From Chloroflexota bacterium (lineage in GTDB: Bacteria; Chloroflexota; Dehalococcoidia; Lucifugimonadales; GCA-2719675), in assembly GCA_002719675.1 (NCBI GenBank), contig PBID01000019.1:38556-102555 (forward strand): a stretch of 64,000 nt of DNA. Direction: 5' to 3'. Both the position numbers and the translations under genes were made by a program. The notes beneath the pieces are model-generated. The model was not told the DNA's origin. It did no database searches and was given only the letters and a program-made list of their open reading frames with translations. Of the stretch, positions 1-9,464 are shown piece by piece (within the stretch, counting starts at the first letter, position 1; every line of letters starts with the position of its first letter).

Positions 1-416
1 GATGGCTTAGAGGATTGAAAAGTGATGGTAGGATTTTCCCTTATATCAATGATGATTTAGAGGAATTATTTAGAAAGGCTGATACTATAATTGTATCTGA
101 AGATGATATAAAAGGGTTAGATATTCCTGTTGATTGGTTAGATTTGTGTGACATTTTTATAATTACTAGAGCAACAAGAGGTGCTACTGTTTTTTTTCAA
201 AATGAAAAATATGATATTCCAGCCCTAAATGTTATTGAACATGATTCTATTGGTGCAGGAGATGTATTTTCTACTGCTTATACAATTCGATTTTTTGAAA
301 CAAAAGATCCAGTAATTTCTGCAAAGTTTGCAAATATTTCAGCAGCTTTATCAGTGCGTTCATCAAGACTTTCCTCAATTCCATCTAGAGCAGATGTGGA
401 AAAGTTTATTTTATGA
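1..416 (+). CDS. PfkB-family carbohydrate kinase, C-terminal part (5' end lies outside the window)
   Basis: Frame 3 is open from nt 3, with no stop before the tracked TTG at 15. Carries the C-terminal PfkB signature 'DSIGAGDVFSTAY'. Confidence 0.7.
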   Translation, partial: WLRGLKSDGRIFPYINDDLEELFRKADTIIVSEDDIKGLDIPVDWLDLCDIFIITRATRGATVFFQNEKYDIPALNVIEHDSIGAGDVFSTAYTIRFFETKDPVISAKFANISAALSVRSSRLSSIPSRADVEKFIL

Positions 417-432
417 GATTATATTGATTAAT

Positions 433-1575
433 ATGGGCAAAAAAAAATACAAAGTAGCAATCATTGGTTGTGGTTCAATGTCTTCTAATCATGTTTATGG
501 ATATTTAACTACTGACAAATTCAATATCGTTGCTATTTCAGATCCACATGTTAAAGCGATGTTAGAATTTGATTCTATTTTTGCGCATATGAAAAATTAT
601 TCTCCCAAGCATTTTACGGATCCATTAGAAATGCTTGATTATTCTGATTATGATGTTATTTCAATTGGTACTTGGCATAAGCTACACTCTAAATGGACTA
701 TTGAAGCTGCTAGACATTCCCCTCGGGTAATACTTTGTGAGAAACCTATGGCTGACAGTTTAAAAACTGCTAAAGAAATGATTAAATCTTGTGAGGAAAA
801 TAATGTGAGTTTAATTATTGGTCATCAAAGGAGATTTTTGCCATCTTTTATTGAAGCTAAAGATTTAATTTCAAATGGTGAAATTGGAAAAATTGAATTA
901 ATTAAATCTGATTCAGCGATGGGTTTGTTTAATTGGTCTACTCATCATTTTGATATGTTTAGATTTCTTTTGAATGATGTTGAATGTGATTGGGTAATGG
1001 GATCAATTGAAAGAAGTTCTAATCGTTTTGAAAGGGAAATTAAAATAGAAGATAAAGCAATTGGAACTTTTGGATTTCAAAATGGGACTGTAGCTATACT
1101 TTTAAGTGATCTGACTACTAATTTTTATCAGGGATGTATGATATATGGATCTGAAGGTGTTATTGATCTACGCACAGGATATTTAAGATTATTTAATGGT
1201 AAAACTTTGGGGAAATGGGAACTTAGAAGAATTGACGGGACATATGAATCACTACTAGATTCTGATTTTGAGATCAAAGAAGCGAGTGTGCGCCAAGTAA
1301 AAGAAATTTATGAATTACTATGTGGAAAAATTAAGATACACAGGAATCATTATATTAATGGATATAAGGCGCTTGAAATGGCTTCTGCAGTTTATGAATC
1401 TACTAGACTGCATGAAATGATTAAATTGCCTCTAAAAACATTAGATTATCCATTGGATTTGTTAGTGGATTCTGGACACGTTGTCCCAAAGACTAATGAA
1501 CCATACGATATCAGGAACTTTTTACTTAGAGATAAAAAGGGTGTCAGGGATTTTAAATTGAAGAGATTTGATTAA
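433..1575 (+). CDS. Gfo/Idh/MocA-family NAD(P)-dependent oxidoreductase
   Basis: Rossmann N-terminus 'KVAIIGCGSMSSNH' begins at the ATG at 433. 'CEKPMA' motif typical of the family. The tracked start at 328 overlaps the upstream gene and adds non-homologous residues. Confidence 0.8.
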   Translation: MGKKKYKVAIIGCGSMSSNHVYGYLTTDKFNIVAISDPHVKAMLEFDSIFAHMKNYSPKHFTDPLEMLDYSDYDVISIGTWHKLHSKWTIEAARHSPRVILCEKPMADSLKTAKEMIKSCEENNVSLIIGHQRRFLPSFIEAKDLISNGEIGKIELIKSDSAMGLFNWSTHHFDMFRFLLNDVECDWVMGSIERSSNRFEREIKIEDKAIGTFGFQNGTVAILLSDLTTNFYQGCMIYGSEGVIDLRTGYLRLFNGKTLGKWELRRIDGTYESLLDSDFEIKEASVRQVKEIYELLCGKIKIHRNHYINGYKALEMASAVYESTRLHEMIKLPLKTLDYPLDLLVDSGHVVPKTNEPYDIRNFLLRDKKGVRDFKLKRFD

Positions 1576-1586
1576 TGTGAAGTTAT

Positions 1587-2846
1587 TTATCTGATTTCTT
1601 CAAAACCAGTGTACGGAATTAATATTTCTGGAATTGCTATTGATCCATCTTTTTGTTGGTAATTTTCGATGATTGAAATTATTGTTCTTGGTAGTGCTAG
1701 ACCAGATCCATTTAATGTATGAACAAATTTAGGTTTAGTTTTAGGAGATTCTCGGAATTTGATATTTGACCTTCTAGCTTGAAAATCTCCGCAGTTTGAG
1801 CAAGAGCTTACTTCCAACCATTCATTTGATCCTGGTGACCACATTTCAATATCATAGGTTTCTGTTGCTGAGAAACCTAAATCACCGGAGCAAAGCTGTT
1901 TTAACCTATAAGGGATTTTTAACTGGACGCAAATTTCAGTAACTTGATTGATGAGTTTAATCAGTTCATTTTCAGATTTTTTAGGTTCTACAAATTTGTA
2001 GATTTCTATTTTTTCAAATTGGTGTACTCGTTTCATTCCTCTTTTGTCTTTACCTGCAGATGCTTTTTCTTTTCTATAGCAAGGCGTGTGTGCTACGTAA
2101 TTTATTGGAAGATTTTCAATGTTAAATACTTCATTTTGATGCATGCCAGTTATTGGTACTTCTGCAGTAGGTACAAGCCATAATTTTTCGTCTGAATCCA
2201 CATACATATTTTCACCAAATTTAGGTAATTGACCGCTTCCAAATACAGTTTTTTCATTTACTAAATTTGGTAAATATAATTCTTCGCAATCAAATTCTTT
2301 TTGATGAAAATCTGACATCCAATTTATTAAAGCTCTTTGTAATTTGGCTCCTTTTCCTTTTAGTATGAAAAATCTTGACCCAGATACTGATACACCTCTT
2401 TCAAAATCAATGATATTTAGCTCAGATCCCAGTTCCCAATGAGGCTTGGGGGCAAAGTCGAAATTTTTAATTTCACCTACGCTTTTAATTACTTCATTTT
2501 CATCTTCATTTTTACCATAAGGAACATTATTTGAAACTAAATTTGGAATAGTAGAAAGTAAGTAATTTAATTTTGTGCTAATTTTTTCGAGTTTCAAATC
2601 TAAATTTTTAATTTGATTCCCGGCTTCTCTCATTTCTTCGATTAGAGAAATTGGTTTTTTATCAGCTTGACCTAATTTTTTTGAGACAATATTTTTTTGA
2701 TTTTTTAGGTCGTCACTTTGTTGGATTAATTTTCTTTTTTGATTGTCTAGATTAATAATTTGTTCTAAATCTATTTTATCTTGACGCTGATCAAGTGAGT
2801 TTAAAATAATTTCTGGATTTTCTCTGAGTATATTTATGTCTATCAT
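1587..2846 (-). CDS. serS: Serine--tRNA ligase
   Basis: 419 aa. N-terminal coiled-coil arm followed by a class II core: 'LVPTAEVPITG', 'YRKEKASAGKDKRGMKRVHQFEKIE', 'GSGLALPRTIISIIENYQ'. Confidence 0.97.
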   Translation of the reverse strand: MIDINILRENPEIILNSLDQRQDKIDLEQIINLDNQKRKLIQQSDDLKNQKNIVSKKLGQADKKPISLIEEMREAGNQIKNLDLKLEKISTKLNYLLSTIPNLVSNNVPYGKNEDENEVIKSVGEIKNFDFAPKPHWELGSELNIIDFERGVSVSGSRFFILKGKGAKLQRALINWMSDFHQKEFDCEELYLPNLVNEKTVFGSGQLPKFGENMYVDSDEKLWLVPTAEVPITGMHQNEVFNIENLPINYVAHTPCYRKEKASAGKDKRGMKRVHQFEKIEIYKFVEPKKSENELIKLINQVTEICVQLKIPYRLKQLCSGDLGFSATETYDIEMWSPGSNEWLEVSSCSNCGDFQARRSNIKFRESPKTKPKFVHTLNGSGLALPRTIISIIENYQQKDGSIAIPEILIPYTGFEEIR

Positions 2847-2908
2847 TTTAGATATTAATTGTATAAATGTCTTTTTAGCACATTATAACAATTTAATAAT
2901 TGTTATAA

Positions 2909-2945
2909 AAAGAACCCCTCAGGTTATAAACCCTCGGGGTTCTTT
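2909..2945 (-). terminator. Rho-independent-type hairpin downstream of the collagen-like gene
   Basis: Perfect 10-bp inverted repeat AAAGAACCCC (2909-2918) / GGGGTTCTTT (2936-2945) with a 17-nt loop. On the minus strand the stem ends in TTT and is followed by TTAT. It lies 47 nt 3' of the stop at 2992. Confidence 0.55.
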
Positions 2946-2991
2946 AAAATTCTTATTTAATACTGTCATAAATCTTTATGACAATAAGTGT

Positions 2992-3924
2992 TTATTTCTC
3001 TGCAGAAACAATTAATGCTGTTGATGCAACTCTGTTTGAAGTAGCACCCTTAGCTATTACGGAGTATGTTCCTGAGTCGATAGTGGTTGTAATAGAAGCG
3101 TTTGCAACTCCACCATCATCAGCAACTGCAGATCCAATTGATGAGGATGTTCCATCACCTGTAGCGTTAAGAACTATAAAGCTGACTAACTCTCCAGGGA
3201 CAAATCCAGTACCAATAAAATCGGCTGCTGAACCTTTACTTACTGTACCAACATGTACAGCAGCAGCTCCAGGAGCGCTAGCTTCGAAGCTGACAGCTGA
3301 TGTAGCATTGCTACCGTGAGAACCTTTAGCTCTCAATACGACAGCTGTAGTAGCTAGAAGTTTTGCGGATGTTCTTACAATGCTTGCTCTATCTTGAAGA
3401 TTACTAACAGTTAAACTGAAAGCACCTGCTGCGTCTGCAGTAGCAAACCCGATTACAGCTTCATTTGCGCCTGAACCTTGTTGGAGGTCAAACATAATTT
3501 CAACTGTTTCGCCAGTTTTGAACCCAGAACCAATTACTGTAGCGCCGCCATCTAGATAGATGACATTTCCGCCTTTAACAGCAACGGATGCTTCAGGTGA
3601 GACACCTGCGGATCCTGCTGGTCCTGCAGCACCTGTAGCACCTGTAGCACCAGTGGCACCAGTAGCACCTCTAGGACCTTGTGGTCCTTCTGGTCCTGCA
3701 GCACCAGGTTCACCAGGGGAACCTGGATTACCGGGATTACCAGGAAGACCTGGTTCACCGGCTGGACCTTGTGGTCCTTCAGGCCCAGGTAGACCCGGAT
3801 TACCGGGGAGACCTGATGCACCTGCGGGACCTGTTGGTCCTGTACAAGCGATTAAAAATAACATAGCTGACATGATAGAAAATACTGCCAGCGCACCTAA
3901 TCTATTAGGAAGATGTTTTACCAT
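2992..3924 (-). CDS. Collagen-like triple-helix-repeat lipoprotein with two C-terminal beta-sandwich-like repeats
   Basis: Signal peptide with canonical lipobox 'LFLIAC'. About 27 uninterrupted Gly-X-Y triplets follow ([24 protein letters not shown]...[22 protein letters not shown]). Two internally similar segments come next ('[14 protein letters not shown]...', '[14 protein letters not shown]...'). Confidence 0.85.
   Translation of the reverse strand: MVKHLPNRLGALAVFSIMSAMLFLIACTGPTGPAGASGLPGNPGLPGPEGPQGPAGEPGLPGNPGNPGSPGEPGAAGPEGPQGPRGATGATGATGATGAAGPAGSAGVSPEASVAVKGGNVIYLDGGATVIGSGFKTGETVEIMFDLQQGSGANEAVIGFATADAAGAFSLTVSNLQDRASIVRTSAKLLATTAVVLRAKGSHGSNATSAVSFEASAPGAAAVHVGTVSKGSAADFIGTGFVPGELVSFIVLNATGDGTSSSIGSAVADDGGVANASITTTIDSGTYSVIAKGATSNRVASTALIVSAEK
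3598..3840 (-). repeat. Gly-X-Y (collagen-like) coding repeat region
   Basis: Codons 29-109 of the 2992..3924 ORF have Gly at every third position. Local G+C is far above the flanks, which generates spurious long ORFs in other frames. Confidence 0.85.
3625..3669. repeat. 5 x 9-bp tandem repeat (GGTGCYACW on the coding strand; encodes GATGATGATGATGAA)
   Basis: Units read directly at 3625-3633, 3634-3642, 3643-3651, 3652-3660 and 3661-3669. Two adjacent units are identical (tgtagcacc). Confidence 0.85.
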
Positions 3925-4233
3925 GAGACTTCCTCTCTTATTAAAAATTAACTATTTCGTCCTACTAAATCAATCTCTTGTTTGATGTTTCAACAAGTTA
4001 AAACAAGAAACTAAAATTACACACATTGAATAATATTCAGACTGACTATAAATTGTCAAGCCCTACAGGTGTCATTTACTAGCTATTAACCAAAGTGAGC
4101 GATAATTTAGATAAGATACATTATATATCTTTTTCTTTGATTTGTCTTGCCTTCTTGAATCATACATAAAGAAACTGATATATTTGTAATGTAAACAGAT
4201 ATTAATTTTGTGTTTTACTGAAGAAATTTTCGA

Positions 4234-4305
4234 GCCCCTGTAGCTCAGAGGATAGAGCATCGGTTTCCTAAACCGTGTGCCCGGGTTCGAGTCCCGGCAG
4301 GGGTA
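4234..4305 (+). tRNA. tRNA-Arg (anticodon CCT)
   Basis: Hand-folded cloverleaf: acceptor GCCCCTG/CAGGGGT; D-arm GCTC-AGAGGATA-GAGC; anticodon arm TCGGT-TTCCTAA-ACCGT (U33, CCT, A37); T-arm CCGGG-TTCGAGT-CCCGG; discriminator A. CCA is not encoded. Confidence 0.9.
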
Positions 4306-4343
4306 CTTTTGAGAGATTTGATGATAGTTCTAATGGTGTTGAT

Positions 4344-5135
4344 ATGGATATAGCATTGGGTAAAGAAGCTGTAAATTTATTAAGTCAAGCACGACTTAAT
4401 AAAATCCCTTTGCCTAGATTGCCTGAAAAATTAAGACCTAAAAACGAATCAGAAGCGTATTATATACAATCTTTATTTCATAAATATTTGGTTTCTTCGG
4501 GCTATGGGAATATATCGGGAAGAAAAATTGGATGCACTTCTGAAGTAATGCAGAATTATCTTGGAATTAAAACACCATGTGTGGGTGCTATTTATTCATC
4601 GGGAATTCAAAAAATCCATGGAAAGTTCTTGTTTGATGATTTTATACGTCCTGGTGTCGAATGTGAAATTGCAGTGATTTTGGGGACTGATTTGGGAGAT
4701 AATGGTTTTGAATATGATAGAAATTCTGTTGAACCTTTTGTTAGTTCTGTGATGTGTGCTATAGAAATTGTAGATGATCGCTGGATTGATTATAAATCAG
4801 TAGATACATATTCATTGATTTCTGACGATTTTTTCGGTTCAGGTTGTGTAGTTGGTGCATATAAAGATCCTGCGTCTATTAATTTAAAAGAAATTAATGG
4901 ACGTATTTTAGTTAGAGATAAATTGGCAGGAATGGGTGTTGGAAGAGATATTATGGGACATCCTTTTGAAGCTTTAGCTTGGTTGGCCAATTTTTTTTCC
5001 TATAGAAAAGACTATTTAAGAAAAGGAGAGATAATATCTTTAGGGAGTATTGTAGAAACAATTTGGGTAAATAAAGGGGATCAAGTAGAAGTTCGTATGG
5101 AAAACCTTGGGAATGTCAAAGTAGATTTTTTGTGA
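4344..5135 (+). CDS. 2-keto-4-pentenoate hydratase / FAH-family hydratase-decarboxylase
   Basis: MhpD/HpcG-like: 'GRKIGCTSEVMQNYLGI', 'VECEIAVILG', 'GEIISLGSI'. Start moved to the ATG at 4344 because the tracked start at 4275 lies inside the tRNA. Confidence 0.75.
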   Translation: MDIALGKEAVNLLSQARLNKIPLPRLPEKLRPKNESEAYYIQSLFHKYLVSSGYGNISGRKIGCTSEVMQNYLGIKTPCVGAIYSSGIQKIHGKFLFDDFIRPGVECEIAVILGTDLGDNGFEYDRNSVEPFVSSVMCAIEIVDDRWIDYKSVDTYSLISDDFFGSGCVVGAYKDPASINLKEINGRILVRDKLAGMGVGRDIMGHPFEALAWLANFFSYRKDYLRKGEIISLGSIVETIWVNKGDQVEVRMENLGNVKVDFL

Positions 5136-5163
5136 TAGTTGTATTTAATATGAAAGTGTTAGA

Positions 5164-5739
5164 TTGAAAATATTTAAGTTTCAAATCGTTAAGATTTCAG
5201 TAGTAGTATTTATTTTTTTGATCATTTCTTGTGTGTCATCTGTTGAAAATAAAAAGACACCTTTTTCATTGGATTTTTCAAGTTCTGAATATGAAAAAAT
5301 CGAAGATATAAAAGAATTAGAGATTAGTACAAAACAATTTTTCATTGATTCAATTAGAATTTTTGGATATAAAAACTCTATTAATCAAATACAAGCAATA
5401 GAAGAAAGTTTTATATTTACATGTTTACATGAATTTGATGTGTTCTGGGTTAATCATTGCGAAAAATCATTGATAGACGCGATGATTAAGAATTCAATGG
5501 AAATTAATCCAATTAGAACAGATTATAGTTTAACTAATAATAGAGATGCGCAAGACAGGGATGTATTTAGGTGGTGTTTAAGTACTAAAGATCAATATGA
5601 TTGTGTTCTTTTTGTTTATGCATGGTTTGACATGAGAGTTTCGTTGTGTATTGAAATTTTTTCTGCAAAAGAATGTAATTTAATGTACGATAAAGTTTTA
5701 GGTAAATACAATAAGGAAATAAATTATGTGACTCATTGA
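5164..5739 (+). CDS. Hypothetical Cys-rich lipoprotein
   Basis: TTG start. Hydrophobic leader with lipobox 'FLIISC'. Seven Cys in total. No family recognised. Confidence 0.5.
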   Translation: MKIFKFQIVKISVVVFIFLIISCVSSVENKKTPFSLDFSSSEYEKIEDIKELEISTKQFFIDSIRIFGYKNSINQIQAIEESFIFTCLHEFDVFWVNHCEKSLIDAMIKNSMEINPIRTDYSLTNNRDAQDRDVFRWCLSTKDQYDCVLFVYAWFDMRVSLCIEIFSAKECNLMYDKVLGKYNKEINYVTH

Positions 5740-5744
5740 TTATG

Positions 5745-6515
5745 TTATGTATTGATCACAATGCCAACTGGGCAATGGTCTGAACCTTTCACATCTGGAA
5801 GTATAAATGCATCTGAAACTAATTTTTGAGTTTTGTTATCTACAAAAAAATAATCAATCCGCCAACCTACATTTCGTTCTCTTGCACGAGTTGCATAATC
5901 CCACCAAGTATATTGGTCTGGTAATTTACAAAATTCTCTGAATATATCAATGAATCCCATGTTTAAAAATTTATCTACCCAATCCCTTTCGATTTTTAAG
6001 AAACCAGATGTGTTGGAGTTTTCCTTAGGTCTAGCCAAATCAATTTCTTTATGAGCAGTGTTTAAGTCACCACATATTACAATATTACGCCCAGTTTTTT
6101 TGAATTCCATCGCTTTGGACAAAAAAGCTTCGTAAAATCCAAGTTTATATTCGAGTCTAGTTTCAGAAGCTTTTCCGTTGGGGTAATAAATGTTAAATAA
6201 TACAAAATCTTTAAAATCAATCAATAAAGTTCTGCCTTCTGAATCGAATTTTTCTATACCTAATCCATGCTCAACTGATATAGGAGGGATTTTTGAATAT
6301 ACTCCCACGCCACTATATCCTTTTTTTTCCGCAGAAGAAAAAAAACTTTGATAAGGTAATAAATTTAATAATTCTTCTGGTAATTGTTCGGGCCAAGCTT
6401 TTGTTTCTTGTAGGCACATAATATCTGGATTTTCTTTTTTCAACCAGTCAATAAACCCTTTTTTGTGAATTGCTCTTATACCATTTACATTCCAGGAAAT
6501 AATTTTAAGTGACAT
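5745..6515 (-). CDS. xthA: Exodeoxyribonuclease III (AP endonuclease)
   Basis: '[10 protein letters not shown]', 'MCLQETKA', 'ICGDLNTAH', 'GSDHCPV': the full EEP/ExoIII motif set. Confidence 0.93.
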   Translation of the reverse strand: MSLKIISWNVNGIRAIHKKGFIDWLKKENPDIMCLQETKAWPEQLPEELLNLLPYQSFFSSAEKKGYSGVGVYSKIPPISVEHGLGIEKFDSEGRTLLIDFKDFVLFNIYYPNGKASETRLEYKLGFYEAFLSKAMEFKKTGRNIVICGDLNTAHKEIDLARPKENSNTSGFLKIERDWVDKFLNMGFIDIFREFCKLPDQYTWWDYATRARERNVGWRIDYFFVDNKTQKLVSDAFILPDVKGSDHCPVGIVINT

Positions 6516-6699
6516 TGTAACTCCACTATTTAAGATGATTTTTTATATACTTCAACAATATTAATTTAACTTCATTTTTTCAACAAGTAATAGAGTATTT
6601 ATATCAATTGATATGATTAGATATTGTTAGGATAAATGAATGATTGTATGTGATAATTGGTATAGAATATCAATCAATATTGTTAATTAGGAGTTACAA

Positions 6700-7677
6700 A
6701 TGTCGAAACCAAGGGTATTTATTACTAGAAAAATTTTTCCTGAATGGATTGATGAAATTAGATTAGTTGCTGATGTTGAATTGTGGGAAGATGAATTGCC
6801 GCCTTCAAGAGATATTTTGTTAGAAAAAAGCAGAGGTATTGATGGAATATTATGTCTACTGACTGATAAAATTGATTCTGAATTTCTGGATATCGCTGGT
6901 AGTCAGTTAAAAGTTATCAGTCAAATCGCAGTGGGTTTTGACAATATAGATATTTCAGAGGCTACTAAAAGAGGAATACCTGTAGGAAATACTCCAGATG
7001 TTTTGACTGCCACCACTGCAGACGCAACGTGGTCTCTTTTAATGGCTGCAGCAAGACGCGTCACTGAAAGTGAACGTTTTATAAGGAGAGGCGATTGGAA
7101 AACATGGCATCCTTTACATTTTCTTGGACAAGATATTCATTCTGCAACGATTGGTATTATTGGAATGGGTAGAATTGGTTATGAAGTGGCAAAAAGAGCT
7201 CAAGGTTTTGGAATGAAAATATTATATTATGATACTAATCGGCGCAAAGATTTAGAAGAAAAAATTGACATAAAATTTGTTGATTTAGATACTGTATTAA
7301 CCGATTCAGATTATGTTAGTTTGCATACAGTTTTAAGCGACGAAACATTTCATTTGATTGGTGAAAATGAATTCAAAAAAATGAAAAAAACAAGTATTTT
7401 AGTGAATGCTGCTAGAGGTCCTGTTGTAGATTCTAAAGCTTTGTGCAATGCTTTAGAAAATGGAGATATTTGGGCGGCGGGCTTGGATGTTACAGATCCT
7501 GAACCTATTTCAAAAGATGACCCTTTATTAAAATTAGAAAATTGTGTGATAGTACCACATATAGCTAGTGCTACTGTTAAAACAAGATTTGAGATGTCTA
7601 GGATTTCTGCGCAGAATTTAATTAATGGAATTCAAGGGGAACCTCTAGTTACATGTGTGAATCCTGAAGTGTATTAA
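6700..7677 (+). CDS. D-isomer-specific 2-hydroxyacid dehydrogenase (glyoxylate/hydroxypyruvate reductase type)
   Basis: 'IGIIGMGRIGYEVAKRA' NAD-binding motif, 'LVNAARGPVVD', 'VPHIASAT' catalytic His region. Confidence 0.85.
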   Translation: MSKPRVFITRKIFPEWIDEIRLVADVELWEDELPPSRDILLEKSRGIDGILCLLTDKIDSEFLDIAGSQLKVISQIAVGFDNIDISEATKRGIPVGNTPDVLTATTADATWSLLMAAARRVTESERFIRRGDWKTWHPLHFLGQDIHSATIGIIGMGRIGYEVAKRAQGFGMKILYYDTNRRKDLEEKIDIKFVDLDTVLTDSDYVSLHTVLSDETFHLIGENEFKKMKKTSILVNAARGPVVDSKALCNALENGDIWAAGLDVTDPEPISKDDPLLKLENCVIVPHIASATVKTRFEMSRISAQNLINGIQGEPLVTCVNPEVY

Positions 7678-7701
7678 TCTTGGAATATGGAGAATTCGTA
7701 A

Positions 7702-8817
7702 ATGTATGATGTTTTTCAAGAAGCTGAAAAACAATTAAAGTTGAAAAACCCTTTTGTTATTTCAACGGTGATTAAAACAAAAGGTTCAACTCCCCAAAAA
7801 CCAGGAGCCAAATTGTTAGTTTCTAGTTCTGGTGATGGTACTGGTACTTTGGGTGGAGGTTGCGTAGAAGGAGATATATGGTTTGAATCAGAAGAATTAA
7901 TAAAAAATAATGGGAGTGCGTTTTATAGAGATTATATTTTGAATGAAGATTTGGCTGCTAATGACGGACTGGTTTGTGGAGGCACAATGTATTTTTTGTT
8001 AGACCTTTTGGATCAATCATCTATTAGTTCAAAATATATTTCAGAAATTAATAATGCTTATACTGGAGGCCCTGCTGTATTAGTGGCTACCTTAATTAAA
8101 CCTTCAATTGATAATAATTTACCGATTGGTTCAAAGTTGTTTATTCGTGAAGATGGTACTTCAGATGGAACTCTTGGAAGTTTAGAAGCTGACTCTTTAG
8201 CGGTAATTAAATCTGAAGGGCTAATGGATTTGGGGAATAATGAATTTGTTATAACGCAAGACGGCACAGAATTTTTTATGGAAGCTTATACAAGCCCACC
8301 CCAGGTAATTTTGGTAGGTGGCGGCCATGTTTCCAAGGCTATTTCTCCTTTAGTACACAATTTGGGTTTCAGAGTTACTGTTACTGATGATCGATCTGAA
8401 TTTGCAAATATAGAAAGATTTAGTGAAGCTGAAAATGTTTTGGTTGCAGATCCTAAAGAGGCATTCAAAAAGTTAAAAATTAATAAAAATTCTTATATCT
8501 TAATTGCAACAAGAGGACATAAATACGATAATTTAGCTTTGGAAATGGCAGTAAATACTTCAGCAAGATATGTTGGTTTATTAGGGAGTAAAAGAAAAGC
8601 GATATTAATTTTAAGAGAATTGGTTGATAAAGGAATACCTATTGAAAGAGTTAGAGAAGTTAGATCTCCTGCAGGATTGAATATTCACGCTAGAACTCCT
8701 GATGAAATAGCTATCAGTATAGTTTCTGAAATGTTACTATTTAGGTTAGGTGGTGATGGTTCTCCTATGAAATTAGATGAATCTTATTATCATCAATTAA
8801 CTAAAAATCAGGTTTAG
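7702..8817 (+). CDS. XdhC/CoxI-family molybdenum-hydroxylase maturation factor
   Basis: N-terminal XdhC_CoxI-like 'VIKTKGSTPQKPGAKLLV...GGGCVEG' and C-terminal Rossmann-like 'VILVGGGHVSKA...IATRGHKYD'. Confidence 0.85.
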   Translation: MYDVFQEAEKQLKLKNPFVISTVIKTKGSTPQKPGAKLLVSSSGDGTGTLGGGCVEGDIWFESEELIKNNGSAFYRDYILNEDLAANDGLVCGGTMYFLLDLLDQSSISSKYISEINNAYTGGPAVLVATLIKPSIDNNLPIGSKLFIREDGTSDGTLGSLEADSLAVIKSEGLMDLGNNEFVITQDGTEFFMEAYTSPPQVILVGGGHVSKAISPLVHNLGFRVTVTDDRSEFANIERFSEAENVLVADPKEAFKKLKINKNSYILIATRGHKYDNLALEMAVNTSARYVGLLGSKRKAILILRELVDKGIPIERVREVRSPAGLNIHARTPDEIAISIVSEMLLFRLGGDGSPMKLDESYYHQLTKNQV

Positions 8818-8867
8818 TAACAGTTTTTTGTGCTAAATATATCATCATATAGTTTGATTTAAGAATA

Positions 8868-9464
8868 ATGGCCAATTTTGTTTCAGCAATTCTGTTGTCA
8901 GCTGGTAAATCTACAAGAATGGGATCTCCCAAAGCTCTTTTAGATTGGCAAGGAATTCCTTTGATTCAATATCAAATACAGAATTTGATCGATGGTGGTG
9001 TTTCGCAAGTAATTGTAGTTCTTGGACATAATTCTAAAGAAATTTCAAAATTTATTTGCAGTAGTAAAGCAAAATTTTTAATTAATGACGAATATCAAGA
9101 AGGTAAAGTTACAAGTATTCTTAAAGGAGTTTCAGCAGTTTCAGGAATATCCTCGGATATAATGATTTTAAGTGTAGACCAACCTAGAGATCATAAAATT
9201 ATAAACCATTTAATTAGGAGTCATTCAGATTCAAAATCTTTGATATCTGTTCCTAGTAATGGGTTTAAATCCGGTCATCCAATAATTTTTTCATACAAAC
9301 TAAAATCAAAATTAATGGAAATTTCTGAATCTAAAAAAGGCTTGAAAGCATTAATGAATGAACATCGTAATAGTTTGAACTTTGTTAATTTTCAAAATGA
9401 GATGATATTTTTAGATATTAACACGTCTGAGGAATACTTATTTTCAAAGAAAAAATTCTCTTAA
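8868..9464 (+). CDS. MobA-like NTP transferase (probable molybdenum cofactor cytidylyltransferase, MocA type)
   Basis: 'AILLSAGKSTRMGSPKALL' nucleotidyl-transferase P-loop-like motif. Located directly after xdhC. Confidence 0.75.
   Translation: MANFVSAILLSAGKSTRMGSPKALLDWQGIPLIQYQIQNLIDGGVSQVIVVLGHNSKEISKFICSSKAKFLINDEYQEGKVTSILKGVSAVSGISSDIMILSVDQPRDHKIINHLIRSHSDSKSLISVPSNGFKSGHPIIFSYKLKSKLMEISESKKGLKALMNEHRNSLNFVNFQNEMIFLDINTSEEYLFSKKKFS

Noticed and set aside
328-432. 5' extensions of tracked ORFs (328-432, 18662-18739, 20139-20165, 24530-24562, 41285-41341, 42529-42549, 55466-55480)
   Set aside because: Each extension precedes the point where family homology starts. They overlap an upstream gene or lack an RBS, whereas an internal start has a better-placed SD-like sequence or a proper signal peptide.
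2978-3985. Four additional long ORFs (2978..3319 +, 3552..3821 -, 3560..3985 +, 3681..3866 +) overlapping the collagen-like gene
   Set aside because: They are by-products of the G+C-rich, stop-poor Gly-X-Y repeat. Their translations are low-complexity Pro/Ala/Val/Leu strings without starts, RBS or motifs. Only the 2992..3924 minus-strand frame has a leader, a lipobox and a coherent domain layout.
4072-4343. ORF 4072..4260 (-) and the 5' part of ORF 4275..5135 (+)
   Set aside because: Both overlap the tRNA-Arg gene (4234-4305). The hydratase homology only begins after the internal ATG at 4344.
4234-6515. tRNA-Arg as an integration site for a genomic island (hydratase + Cys-rich lipoprotein downstream, collagen-like gene upstream)
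   Set aside because: I could spot no integrase, no direct repeat of the tRNA 3' end, and no compositional break on the 3' side. The collagen gene's G+C is explained by its amino-acid content.
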